From: Myxococcales bacterium UBA1660
Lineage (GTDB): Bacteria; Myxococcota_A; Polyangia; Polyangiales; Houyiibacteriaceae
Assembly: GCA_002320815.1 (NCBI GenBank)
Contig: DCLA01000083.1
Coordinates: 1,285 to 65,284 of the forward strand
Direction: 5' to 3'
Length of the DNA: 64,000 bases
Part shown: positions 27,393-40,119 of the stretch, one piece after another
How the letters are laid out: every line of letters starts with the position of its first letter
Position numbering within the stretch: the first letter of the stretch is position 1
Translations under genes and position numbers: made by a program
The notes under the pieces: model-generated
Told to the model about the DNA's origin: nothing
The model's database searches: none
What the model saw: only the letters and a program-made list of their open reading frames with translations

Positions 27393-29288
27393 TCACGGCC
27401 GGTCCCCCTCGGGATCGGCCGTTCGCGTTTTCGGTGGGCGCCCCCAGAGCACGTACCCGGTCCCGAAGACCACCGCGTTCGCCGCGGCCATCCACCCGAG
27501 CACGCTCAGCGGCCCCATCCACGCCGTCCCGACGAATGCGAGCGCCAAGGCGGCGGTCGCCGCGGCGATCCGTCGGTCGACGGTGAAGGTCAGGGCTCCG
27601 GAGATCGCGGTCCAGATGAGCAGGTTCTGGTGCGTGAGCTGCAGGGGCGAAGGGCTCCCTTGGAGCAGCCCGACGATCCGCGAGAGCGAGACGACGACCA
27701 CGCCCAGGGCCACCGAGAGCACCACGCGCCGGGTGACCGCCGACTCTCGGATTCCGTCGCGGTTCCGCCAAGCGAGGCCACCCACGAGGAGGAGGAAGGC
27801 GCCGCTGCTCACGAGAGGGAGCCACGCCGGGAGCCCCTCCGGTCCACGCCACCACAAGAGGAACTGACCGACGACCGGACCGACGATCCACATCACGCCC
27901 AACACCGCGACCACCCCGAAACGGAGGGAACGCCCGAGCGCCGGGTCCAGGGCACGGTCCAGCTCCTCCAACCGGCGCCGCTCGGTCTCCGCAGCCCGCC
28001 AGGCGGCCTCGACCCGAGTCGCCAGCTCTTCGGGGGGCTCCTGCATGTCGCGGAGCCGGCCCCGGGCGGCGACCACCTCACCGCGCTCGAGCTCTCGCTC
28101 CGCCACGAGCCCGAGGGCCCGGTCGTAGCCCGCCCGCGCCGCCGGCTGCTCCGGCCACAGCTCCAGCGCATGGCGGAAGCCGAAGCGACACTCGCCGAAG
28201 AGATCGTAGACACGCTCGTCCCCGCCCTCGGCCATCTGGGCGGCCATCTCCTCCAGTCGCTCCTCCGCCTGGGCGAGGACCCGGGCGGCGTCCCGGTGCC
28301 GCAGGAAGTCTTCTACCGCGCGCCGCAGGGTCCCTGCGCTCGCGAAACGCCGGCCCGGGTCGGGGTTCATGGCTCGGCGGACCAGCGCCGCCGCTTCGCG
28401 GGACACGTGCTCCGGGAAGACCGGCGCCGACGCCAGGGACGCGTGGACGACCTGCAGGAGGGTGTCCTTCTCGTGTGGGGGTCGCCCGGCGACGATCTCG
28501 TAGAGGGTCGCACCGAGCAGATAGACATCGGTCCACGTGCCCAGCTCCGGTCCGCGATCGTCGAACATCTCCGGCGCCATGTAGAAGGGCGTGCCCGCGA
28601 CCCCCACGGCGTCGCCGAGCTGAGCTCTCCCCTGGTCGTCCAGGGGAACGGCGATCCCCCAGTCGGCGAGGTAGACCTCACCGTGCTCGCCCACGAGGAC
28701 GTTCTCCGGCTTGATGTCCCGATGCAGGACTCCGCGCCGGTGGGCGTGCTCCACCGCGGCGCACACCTGGACGAAGACTCGCAGGTTCCACTCGAGTAGG
28801 TCCTCGGCGCCGAAGCGTTCGCGGACCGTCTCCGGGTCGCGCATCAGGGCGGCCCAGTCGACGCCCGCCACCTGCTTCAACGCCACGTAGGGGACCCCCT
28901 CGTCGTCGAGCTGGAGGTCGTAGACCGGGACCACGTTGGGGTGCTCGAGCCGCCCGGTCACCAGCGCCTCGCGGACCAACGCCAGGGCTTCCCGGCGGCC
29001 CCGACCGTGCAGGGTCTTCACCGCGACCCGCCGGCCGAGGGAACGTTGCAGCGCGGAACGCACCATCCCGGTGCCCCCCTCGCCCAAGGGCGAGCCCAGA
29101 ACGAACGGACTCTCGGCGGTGCCGCGGCCGAGCTCCGCCCAGAGCGCTTCGGCCTCCGCGACGAAACCCTGCTCCCCCGACCCGGGCGTGCTGGCGATCG
29201 TGGTCGCCAGGTCGCTGCCCTCGTGGGCGCGCACCCGCTCCATCGTCCGCGCCAGCCGTCCGCTGGCGGAGTCGTCGGCCCCAGCCAT
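27393..29288 (-). CDS. Ser/Thr protein kinase with a C-terminal multi-pass membrane region
   Basis: ATG at 29288 (MAGADDS) inside ORF 27393..29393. Motifs are GEGGTGMV, VAVK, HRDIKPENVLV, DWG and APE, followed by about 6 hydrophobic segments. Confidence 0.85.
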   Translation of the reverse strand: MAGADDSASGRLARTMERVRAHEGSDLATTIASTPGSGEQGFVAEAEALWAELGRGTAESPFVLGSPLGEGGTGMVRSALQRSLGRRVAVKTLHGRGRREALALVREALVTGRLEHPNVVPVYDLQLDDEGVPYVALKQVAGVDWAALMRDPETVRERFGAEDLLEWNLRVFVQVCAAVEHAHRRGVLHRDIKPENVLVGEHGEVYLADWGIAVPLDDQGRAQLGDAVGVAGTPFYMAPEMFDDRGPELGTWTDVYLLGATLYEIVAGRPPHEKDTLLQVVHASLASAPVFPEHVSREAAALVRRAMNPDPGRRFASAGTLRRAVEDFLRHRDAARVLAQAEERLEEMAAQMAEGGDERVYDLFGECRFGFRHALELWPEQPAARAGYDRALGLVAERELERGEVVAARGRLRDMQEPPEELATRVEAAWRAAETERRRLEELDRALDPALGRSLRFGVVAVLGVMWIVGPVVGQFLLWWRGPEGLPAWLPLVSSGAFLLLVGGLAWRNRDGIRESAVTRRVVLSVALGVVVVSLSRIVGLLQGSPSPLQLTHQNLLIWTAISGALTFTVDRRIAAATAALALAFVGTAWMGPLSVLGWMAAANAVVFGTGYVLWGRPPKTRTADPEGDRP

Positions 29289-29349
29289 CCCTCCTCGCGG
29301 ATAGCACGAAGTGGTTGGCCCGAGGAGCCCCGCGGCGCCATGGTCTCCC

Positions 29350-29850
29350 ATGCTCCACGAGCCGCTCCCCCTCGACGCGACCGCCGCCGCCAAGGCCGAG
29401 CGCTACGCCACCGTGCTCCAGTCCATCGAGGGCCTGCTCGACGGCGAGGACGATTGGGTCGCGGCGATGGCCACCGTGAGCTGCGAGCTCCACCACGGCT
29501 TCGCCGCCTACGACTGGACCGGCTTCTACCGCGCGGTGAGCGCGGACCTCCTGGTCATCGGTCCCTACCAGGGCGGCCACGGGTGCCTACGCATCCCCTT
29601 CGCCAAGGGCGTCTGCGGCGCCGCCGCGCGCACCCGGGAGACCCAGCTCGTCCCCGATGTCCACGCCTTCCCGGGGCACATCGCGTGCTCGTCGACCACG
29701 CTGAGCGAGATCGTGGTCCCGGTACTCCGGCCGGATGGCTCCGTGCTCGCGGTCCTCGACGTGGACTCCAACGCGCCGGACGCCTTCGACACCGTGGACC
29801 AACGGCACCTCGAGCGGCTCTGCGGGGAGCTCGGCGCCCGCTTCGGTTGA
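29350..29850 (+). CDS. msrC: GAF-domain free methionine-(R)-sulfoxide reductase
   Basis: ATG at 29350 inside ORF 29311..29850. Conserved Cys blocks are AKGVCGAAA and HIACSS. Confidence 0.8.
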   Translation: MLHEPLPLDATAAAKAERYATVLQSIEGLLDGEDDWVAAMATVSCELHHGFAAYDWTGFYRAVSADLLVIGPYQGGHGCLRIPFAKGVCGAAARTRETQLVPDVHAFPGHIACSSTTLSEIVVPVLRPDGSVLAVLDVDSNAPDAFDTVDQRHLERLCGELGARFG

Positions 29851-29857
29851 GCGAGCT

Positions 29858-30157
29858 TCAGGCCCCCAGCGCGCGCAGGCGCTCGGCGACCGCTTCGGGA
29901 TCCGAAGTCCGCGCCACCAGCCCTTTGCTCTTCGCGCGCTCGCCCCGGACGATGGCGATCGCGGTCTTCGGCACCCCCAGCGCCTTGGCCAGGAAAGTCA
30001 CCAGCGCCGCGTTGGCGGCGCCGTCCACGGGTGGGGCCGTCAGCGCGATCTTCAGCGCGCCGTCGTGCTCGCCCAGGCAACGAACCCGGCTCGCGCGGGG
30101 CGCGACCCGCACCCGGAACGTCACTTCGTCCGGTCCGATGTCGATCGCCAGCGCCAC
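29858..30157 (-). CDS. DUF167 (YggU) family protein
   Basis: ORF 29858..30157 with [38 protein letters not shown]. Confidence 0.8.
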   Translation of the reverse strand: MALAIDIGPDEVTFRVRVAPRASRVRCLGEHDGALKIALTAPPVDGAANAALVTFLAKALGVPKTAIAIVRGERAKSKGLVARTSDPEAVAERLRALGA

Positions 30158-30233
30158 GGCAGGGCTCTACCACGGCCTTGCACCTCGCGCGCCGCGATTG
30201 ACCGGCTCGTCCGCGAACGGCTACGCAGGGGGC

Positions 30234-32201
30234 GTGAAGACGCTGACGATGGTCGGGTGTGCCGGGCTCCTTGTCGTGGGGGCGTGCGGCGAGGGGCCCA
30301 CGGGCTCCGTGGAAGACAACTTCGGGCAGGAGGAGACCCTGGGCACCGAAGGGTGCGACAACCTCAACCCCGGTTGCCTCTACCCCTTCCCCTCCCGGGC
30401 CTACGTGGGGGAGGACGGGCTGGAGCTGCCCGAGCGCCTCACCCGCTCGGCGACCGGGTCCTTCCGGTCGGAGTACCTGAACGAGCACCCGGCCTTCGGG
30501 GCGGCTTCGCCCATCATCTTCCAGCTCCCGGGGGCGGAGATCCCCGGCCCCGGCCCCTTCGACTCGGCCGCCAGCCTCGAGCCGGACTCGCCCACCCTGG
30601 TGATCGACGCGACTACCGGCGAGCGGATCCCCCACTGGGTCGAGAGCGACTTCCTCGCGCCACGCATGGACCCGCAGCTCATGGTGATCCGACCGGCGAT
30701 CCCCCTGCCCCGGGGCACCGAGATCGTCGTGGGCATCCGCAACGTGGACGCGGAGACCCCGCCGGCCTTCGCCGCCCTCCGTGACCAGACGGCCAGCGAG
30801 TACATCGGGGTCCACGCGCGGCGGGCGCAGTTCGAGGAGGTGGTCTTCCCCACCCTCGACGCCGCGGGCGCCCCGCGCGACTCCCTGCTCCTCGCTTGGT
30901 CCTTCCCGGTGGCCAGCGAGGAAGCCGCCACCGCGCCGGCCGTCGCCGTCCGCGACGCCATCTTCGCCGCGCTCCCCGCCGACGGGCCCGAGTTCCGCGT
31001 CGACTCCCTGGTGGAGTGCGACGGCGTGGAGGACCCCGACGATTGCGACTCGGCCATCCGCGTGATCCTCGACGGCACCATCATGGTGCCCAGCGTGATG
31101 CTCCCGGCCGACGATCTCGGCGTGCGGCGGATCCGCACCGACGCGAGCGGCGCGCCCGTCGTGGAAGGCGTCGAGGAGTGGCCCTTCCGGATGCAGATCC
31201 CCCACGCGGCCTTCACCAGCGCCGAGCCGCTGCCGGTGCTGCAGTACGGCCACGGGTTCCTGGGCGGCCAGCGCGAGGCCAACAACGGCTGGCTCCGGGA
31301 CATGGCCGACCGCCTCGGCTTCGTGATCCTGGCCACCAGCATGCAGGGCATGGAGAGTTCGATCTCCGACGTGTGGGTCGACGTGCTCCTGGCCGAAGGG
31401 GGTCGCTTCCCCCTGCTCTACGAGCTGGCGATGCAGGGCGTCTGCAACCAGCTCGTCCAGCAGCGCATGATGAAGACCTCGATGACCCTCAGCGAGGAGC
31501 CCTTGCTCCACCGCGAGGATGGCCAGCTCGCCTGGGACCCGGAGACCATCTGGTACTACGGGAACAGCCAGGGCGGCTCCGTCGGGACGGTGGTCATGGG
31601 TCTGTCCCTCGACGTCCAGCGCGGAGTCCTCGGCGTCCCCGGCAGCGGCTACCCCTTCCTGCTGCATCGGAGCGCCGACTTCACGCCCTTCGTCACCCTC
31701 CTGAGGACGGCGTACCCCGAGCCCGACTCCATCGCGGTCTTCCTGGCCGCCTTGGGCACCGGCTGGGACGTCTTCGACCCGCTGACCTTCAGCCCGCACC
31801 TGACCACCGATCCCCTCCCGGGGACCCCCGAGCATCAGGTGCTCTTCCATGTGGCCAAGGAGGACCACGAGGTCCTCAACGAGGCCAGCTTCATCTCCGC
31901 GCGCGCCGCCGACGCGGTGCTCATGACCCCCGCCGTGCGTCCGGTGTTCGGGCTGGAGACCGCGACCTACCCGGCCTCGCCCGCGGCGGCGGTGGTCGAG
32001 GTGGACTTCATGGTCCCGGACGACCCCACGCCTCTCGATCCGCCCGACCCCATCGAGGAGCTCCCCGACGAGGGCAACACCCACGGGTGGCTCCGGAAGT
32101 GGGAACCGGCCCAGGACCAGATGGTTCACTTCCTCCAAACGGGTGAGATGATCGACGTCTGCGGCGGGGAAGCCTGCGTGGCCGACGGACGCCCCGATTG
32201 A
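30234..32201 (+). CDS. lipoprotein with an alpha/beta-hydrolase-like domain
   Basis: GTG at 30234, preceded by GCAGGGGG (alternative ATG at 30249), inside ORF 28941..32201. Lipobox LLVVGACGEG and nucleophile elbow GNSQGG. Confidence 0.7.
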   Translation: MKTLTMVGCAGLLVVGACGEGPTGSVEDNFGQEETLGTEGCDNLNPGCLYPFPSRAYVGEDGLELPERLTRSATGSFRSEYLNEHPAFGAASPIIFQLPGAEIPGPGPFDSAASLEPDSPTLVIDATTGERIPHWVESDFLAPRMDPQLMVIRPAIPLPRGTEIVVGIRNVDAETPPAFAALRDQTASEYIGVHARRAQFEEVVFPTLDAAGAPRDSLLLAWSFPVASEEAATAPAVAVRDAIFAALPADGPEFRVDSLVECDGVEDPDDCDSAIRVILDGTIMVPSVMLPADDLGVRRIRTDASGAPVVEGVEEWPFRMQIPHAAFTSAEPLPVLQYGHGFLGGQREANNGWLRDMADRLGFVILATSMQGMESSISDVWVDVLLAEGGRFPLLYELAMQGVCNQLVQQRMMKTSMTLSEEPLLHREDGQLAWDPETIWYYGNSQGGSVGTVVMGLSLDVQRGVLGVPGSGYPFLLHRSADFTPFVTLLRTAYPEPDSIAVFLAALGTGWDVFDPLTFSPHLTTDPLPGTPEHQVLFHVAKEDHEVLNEASFISARAADAVLMTPAVRPVFGLETATYPASPAAAVVEVDFMVPDDPTPLDPPDPIEELPDEGNTHGWLRKWEPAQDQMVHFLQTGEMIDVCGGEACVADGRPD

Positions 32202-32258
32202 ACCTTTTTGCCCCGGCGAACCTTGCGTCGGGGCCCGTTCTTTCGGAAGCTCCGACCC

Positions 32259-35501
<3,243 letters not shown>

Positions 35502-36576
35502 TGGCCAACGCCTTGAAGTTCACCGACCGGGGGCGGGTCACCTTGGGTCTCCGGATCGTCGACGACGAGACCCTGGTCCTCGAGGTGGAGGACACCGGCG
35601 TCGGATTCCCCCAGTCCAAGGCCAATCGGCTCTTCGAGCCCTTCCAGCAGCTGGACGGTTCCGGCGCCCGGGTCTTCGAGGGCTCCGGTCTGGGCCTGGC
35701 CATCTCCCACCGGCTCACCCGCTCCCTCGGCGGGGTCATCGAAGCCCGGGGACGGCCCGGCGAGGGCGCTCGCTTCACCGTACGGATCCCCACCAAGGTC
35801 CCGGCCCATGCCACGCCGACCGACACCGCGCGCGGGGAGCGGCGCGCCGCGGGCGAGACCCCGGAGGCGGTCACGCTCTCGGGCCGGATCCTCGTCGTGG
35901 ACGACAACGACGACGTCCGGATGTTGATCGCGGAGTACGTGCGCGCCGCGGGCGGCGAGGTGGTGCAGGCCGCCTCCGGCCCCGCCGCGCTGGAGATCCT
36001 CGGATCCGACGAAGAGGTCGACGTGATCCTCATGGACGTCCAGATGCCCCACATGGATGGCCTGGAAACGGTGAAGATCCTCCGGGGCCGGGGCGTGAAC
36101 ACCCCGGTCATCGCCGTCACCGCGCGCGCCCTGGAGTCCGATCGGGCCGAGTGCATCGCCGCCGGCTGCACCGACTACGTCCCCAAACCCGTCGACATCC
36201 CGCTCCTGCTCCAGCGCATCGCCCACCTGCTCCAGGGCGCGCCGTCGGTCCTGATCGTCGACGACAACGACGACATCGCGTCGTTGACCGCGTTGAACCT
36301 GGAGCAGTCGGGCTTCACGTGCGCCACCGCATCCAACGGGGAGCGAGCGCTCGCCCGGGCCGCGGAGATGAAGCCGGAGATCGTCATCGCGGATCTCTCG
36401 CTCGGGCGCGGCATCGATGGCTTCGAGCTCGCCGCCAAGCTTCGGGCCCTCGACTCGCGCTTGATGCTGATCGCCCTGAGCGGAGCCAGTCAGAAACGGG
36501 AGCAGGCGCTGGAGGCCGGCTTCGATCACTTCCTGACCAAGCCCGCCGACTTCACCGAGCTCATCACCCTGATGAC

Positions 36577-36600
36577 CCGGTGAGCGGCGGCGCTCGCCGG
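36577..36600. terminator. hairpin overlapping the stop codon between convergent genes
   Basis: CCGGTGAGCG-gcgg-CGCTCGCCGG, a 10-bp stem including one G-U pair. No T-tract. Confidence 0.3.
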
Positions 36601-36604
36601 GGCG

Positions 36605-37675
36605 TCAATCGCCGAGCTCGACGAGGTGCTCGGGGTAGCTGGCGATCGCCTGGGTCGGGTCGTAGCCCTCGCAGGCCGTGCCCCCGTTGTCGCCGATGAT
36701 GTAGGTCTCGGCGGGGTCGACGCCGGCCCGGGCGTACGCGCAGACGTCGGTGGAGGCGTTGCCGTAGGCGTGTTCGATCCCGAAGGAGCGGTCCTGCAGC
36801 GTGTTCATGGTCCGCTCCTTGTAGTCGTCGACGTAGGCGGGGACGACCTCGACCACGTCCTGCACCAGGAAGAGGGGGCCGGCGGGGAAGGCGCGATCGG
36901 CGAGCCACTCGCGGGTGAAGCCGTCGTAGAGGTAGGGGCGCCCGGTGATGTAGACCGGCTGGAAGCCGCGGTCGGCGTACCACCAGGCGACCTCGTCGGC
37001 CGCCTCGTACATCGCGGCCTCGGGATCGATGGTCGCGTCCAGGAGCGCGAGCCACTGGGCCTGGGTGAGAGGCGACCCCGCGAGGTTCAGCACCTCGTCG
37101 GAGGTGGTGCCCACGTGGTGGTAGACGACGCCGCCGACCAGCTCGAGGTCGCTGGTGGTCAGGGTCCCGTCGATGTCGAAGACGACCAGCGCCTGCCCTT
37201 CGGGCAGCACGTGGATCATGCCGTGGGCCTGGGACCCGTCCCCGAGCACCCGCGCGGTGACCGGGTACGCGCCGACCTCGAGGTCGAAGGTCCCGGGGAT
37301 GCGCACGCGGCCGTCGTCGTCGGTGTTCCCGGTCCCCACGAGGGTCCAGTCGTCGCACTCGTCGCCGAGGCGGATCCACGCCTCGACGGCCTCGTCTTCG
37401 AGGTCTGCGCTGGTCGGTCCGTAGGAGAGCTTCGCCCGCACCGCCCAGTCGGCGCCGGGCGTGATCACGTCGTCCTGGACCGAGTGCACCGGCCCACCCA
37501 GGTGCACGATGGCTTCGGAGCGGGTGTGCTCCCAGCCCGCCGGCTCGGGGAGGTCGGCGCAGGTGGCCAGCTCGGCCTCGAGGGTCTCCTCCGACTCGAA
37601 GGGCTCGGGATCGACGGTCTCGGTGGTGCAGGCCGCGAGGCCCAGGAGGAGGACGAGAGACGAAGAGCGATGCAT
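36605..37675 (-). CDS. lipoprotein with a C-terminal LNS2/lipin-like HAD phosphatase domain
   Basis: ATG at 37675 (MHRSSSLVLLLGLAACTTE) inside ORF 36605..37717. HAD motifs are VVFDIDGTLTTSD, ITGRP and YGNASTD. Confidence 0.7.
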   Translation of the reverse strand: MHRSSSLVLLLGLAACTTETVDPEPFESEETLEAELATCADLPEPAGWEHTRSEAIVHLGGPVHSVQDDVITPGADWAVRAKLSYGPTSADLEDEAVEAWIRLGDECDDWTLVGTGNTDDDGRVRIPGTFDLEVGAYPVTARVLGDGSQAHGMIHVLPEGQALVVFDIDGTLTTSDLELVGGVVYHHVGTTSDEVLNLAGSPLTQAQWLALLDATIDPEAAMYEAADEVAWWYADRGFQPVYITGRPYLYDGFTREWLADRAFPAGPLFLVQDVVEVVPAYVDDYKERTMNTLQDRSFGIEHAYGNASTDVCAYARAGVDPAETYIIGDNGGTACEGYDPTQAIASYPEHLVELGD

Positions 37676-37806
37676 GGGGAGGTCCTTTGCAATGAAGCGG
37701 CCACACGATTTCGTCAACGATCTCGGGGCGACATCGGCCCACCCCGTGAACCCGGGGTCGCGTCCGTGGTAGACCCGACGACGCTCCCACCGGGGGCGCC
37801 GACTCC

Positions 37807-38805
37807 ATGAAGACCCGCCTCGACGAGACTCCCTACGTCGGCCGCCGCGCCGACGGTTCCCTGCACCTGGCCGAATCGCTCGGGCCGGTCCTGGACATCC
37901 ACTGTCACCTGGCCCTGACCTACGTGCCCACCGGCCAGGTCGACCTCGAGGCGGAGGCGGTCGGCGATCTCTACCTCGACTTCGAGAAGCCCCTCGATCT
38001 CGAGCCCTACCTGAACACCCAGTTCGACCGCCGCGAGATGGCCGCCATGCGCATGGACCTCTCGCTCCAGTCGGTCCTGCCGAGGGGCGGCAAGCGGGTC
38101 ACCCACACGGGCCCGGCGCTGGTGCGGTCCATGAACGAGATCGGCGTCACCCGCTCGGTGATCCTGGCCATCGACCTGCCCTTCTCCAGCCGGAACACCG
38201 ACGGCTACGTGACCGTGGCCGGCAACCACGACGAGCTCATCGCCGCCGCCGCGATCCACCCCTTCGCGCCGAACGCGGAGCGTGACCTGCGCGAAGCCGT
38301 CCGGCGGGGCGCCCGGGCCTTCAAGATGCACCCGGCGGTCCAGCAGATGCTGCCGGATCACCCGCGCGCCATGCGCCTCTACGAGGTGTGCGGCGAGCTG
38401 GGGATCCCGGTGATCTGGCACTGCGGCCCGGTGGGGATCGTCGGGCAGCGCACCGACGAGCGCTGCTACCTGAAGCACTACTGGGCACCGGTGCACCACC
38501 TGCCCGGTACGACCTTCGTGCTCGGCCACAGCGGCGCGCTCCAGTACGAGCAGGCCTGCCACCTGCCCAACGAGTACGAGAACGTCTACGTCGAGCTCTC
38601 CTCCCAGGGGCTCGAGGGGATGCGGCACATCCTGAACACCGTGCCCCGCGACCGGATCATCAACGGCAGCGACTGGCCCTTCTACCACCAGGCCATCAGC
38701 GTCACGAAGATCGCCTACGCGACCGAGCGCGACGAGGACCTGCGGCACCGGATCCTCTGGGCCAACGCGGCGACCCTCTTCGGCCTCGCCGACGCCGAAG
38801 CCTGA
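37807..38805 (+). CDS. amidohydrolase-2 (TIM-barrel metal-dependent hydrolase) family protein
   Basis: ORF 37807..38805 with DIHCH, a central HP, GHSG and a C-terminal NGSDWPF block. Confidence 0.75.
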   Translation: MKTRLDETPYVGRRADGSLHLAESLGPVLDIHCHLALTYVPTGQVDLEAEAVGDLYLDFEKPLDLEPYLNTQFDRREMAAMRMDLSLQSVLPRGGKRVTHTGPALVRSMNEIGVTRSVILAIDLPFSSRNTDGYVTVAGNHDELIAAAAIHPFAPNAERDLREAVRRGARAFKMHPAVQQMLPDHPRAMRLYEVCGELGIPVIWHCGPVGIVGQRTDERCYLKHYWAPVHHLPGTTFVLGHSGALQYEQACHLPNEYENVYVELSSQGLEGMRHILNTVPRDRIINGSDWPFYHQAISVTKIAYATERDEDLRHRILWANAATLFGLADAEA

Positions 38806-38833
38806 GGCCCGGCGCCGGCGTCGCCCGGCGGGC

Positions 38834-39460
38834 TCAGCCCATCGTGATGCCGCGCTCTTCCATGATGCGGCGGTTGATGGCGTCGGCCTTCTGGGACGCG
38901 GGCCGAGCGTTCAAGCGCTCGACGTAGGCCATGTATTCGGGGCGCTTCTCCAGCATGTCGAACTGGGTCATGAAGCGCACCGTGCCGCCGAAGATGATGT
39001 CGGCCATCGTGAACTGCTCGCCGAGGAGCCAGGGTCCATCGCCGATGGCGCCGCTGATGGTGTCGAGCATCTCTTCGTAGGTGCCCCAGCCCGCGGAACC
39101 CGCGCGATACTCCCACTTGGCCGCGTGGGCCATGCACCCCGGCTCGATCACCGAGGGCGCGTAGAAAGACCAGCGGAGGTAGGTGGCGCGCTCGGGCGCG
39201 TCGAGAGCGGGCGCGAGCCGGCCCGCCGCGTAGCGGTCCGCGAGGTAGATCCCGATGGCCGCGGACTCGGTGACCACGACCCCGTCGTCGACCAGGGTGG
39301 GCAGCTTGCCCATGGCATTCAGCTTCTTCAGCGGCTCCTGCTTCTGCTCGCCCGCCTTCATGTCGACGAACTGGAGCTCGTAGGCCTGACCGACCTCCTC
39401 GAGCATGAAGAGGGTCCCCGCGGCGCGCGAGAAGGGGTGGTGATGGAGGGTGATGCTCAT
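38834..39460 (-). CDS. glutathione S-transferase
   Basis: ATG at 39460 (MSITLHHHPFSRA) inside ORF 38834..39643. Thioredoxin-like N-domain with GKLPTLVDDGVVVTESAAI. Confidence 0.85.
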   Translation of the reverse strand: MSITLHHHPFSRAAGTLFMLEEVGQAYELQFVDMKAGEQKQEPLKKLNAMGKLPTLVDDGVVVTESAAIGIYLADRYAAGRLAPALDAPERATYLRWSFYAPSVIEPGCMAHAAKWEYRAGSAGWGTYEEMLDTISGAIGDGPWLLGEQFTMADIIFGGTVRFMTQFDMLEKRPEYMAYVERLNARPASQKADAINRRIMEERGITMG

Positions 39461-39503
39461 GCCGGGATCCATACTCCGCCCCCGTGACATTCCGGAAGCG
39501 GGG

Positions 39504-39523
39504 CGGATCGAAAATCGAATCCG
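39504..39523. promoter_or_regulatory. inverted repeat CGGAT-N10-ATCCG in an AT-rich leader
   Basis: Read directly. It has the same 5-N10-5 geometry as the repeat at 6413..6432. Confidence 0.25.
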
Positions 39524-39549
39524 GAGAAGAAATTGGAAAAAGGGAGCAA

Positions 39550-39567
39550 CCGGAACGTTCTTTGCTC
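39550..39567 (+). promoter_or_regulatory. sigma-54-like -24/-12 element upstream of the second small LuxR gene
   Basis: CCGGAACGTTCTTTGCT has GG-N10-GC spacing and an exact TTGC, but the -24 half is CGGAAC rather than TGGCAC. It ends only 13 nt before the ATG at 39580. Confidence 0.35.
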
Positions 39568-39579
39568 GAAGACCCGCCC

Positions 39580-40044
39580 ATGCTCCCCTCCGACGAAGCC
39601 TCTCTCTTCCTGCTGACCCCCGACGGGGAGCTGACCTCCACATCTCGTGGGGACGCCCTGGGACCTTTCGATACGAGAACGGTCGCCCGGCGAGTGCGAA
39701 GCGAGCTCGGCACTCGACCCCGGTGTGGCTTCACCCTCACCCACCTGGGCCTCCAGGTCACGGCCTGGCACATGGTGGCCCAAGGCAAAGGCATGGACTC
39801 GGTGCTGGTAGCGGTCGCCCGCGTGCCCGGGTGGCAGCGAGAGACCGACCTGACCAGCCGCCAACTGGAGATCGCCCAGCACGCGGCGCTGGGAGCGACG
39901 GTGGGGGAGATCGGCGTGGAGCTCCGGATCTCGCCGCACACGGTGCGGACCCATCTGCGGGACATCTACCGACGGCTGGGGATCTCCAGTCGGGTCGAGC
40001 TGGCCAATCTCGTCCACGGGCAGGCGGCGTTGGCCATCGGTTGA
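39580..40044 (+). CDS. small LuxR/GerE-family HTH regulator, paralogue of 6538..6981
   Basis: ATG at 39580 inside ORF 39484..40044; the upstream 32 codons are AT3-rich and look non-coding. C-terminus reads LTSRQLEIAQHAALGATVGEIGVELRISPHTVRTHLRDIYRRLGISSRVELA. Confidence 0.8.
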   Translation: MLPSDEASLFLLTPDGELTSTSRGDALGPFDTRTVARRVRSELGTRPRCGFTLTHLGLQVTAWHMVAQGKGMDSVLVAVARVPGWQRETDLTSRQLEIAQHAALGATVGEIGVELRISPHTVRTHLRDIYRRLGISSRVELANLVHGQAALAIG

Positions 40045-40119
40045 TGGGCGCGTCTGGCGCCGGGGCGGGGGGCCCGGGCGCTGGAACCTGAGCGGCGAGG
40101 GGGCTAGCGTGCCCCGCGC

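Noticed and set aside
32208-32258. TTG-initiated N-terminal extension of the CheB-CheR sensor (MPRRTLRRGPFFRKLRP).
   Set aside because: It starts 7 nt after the upstream stop with a rare start codon. The ATG at 32259 directly precedes the conserved CheB block, so the extension is probably not translated.
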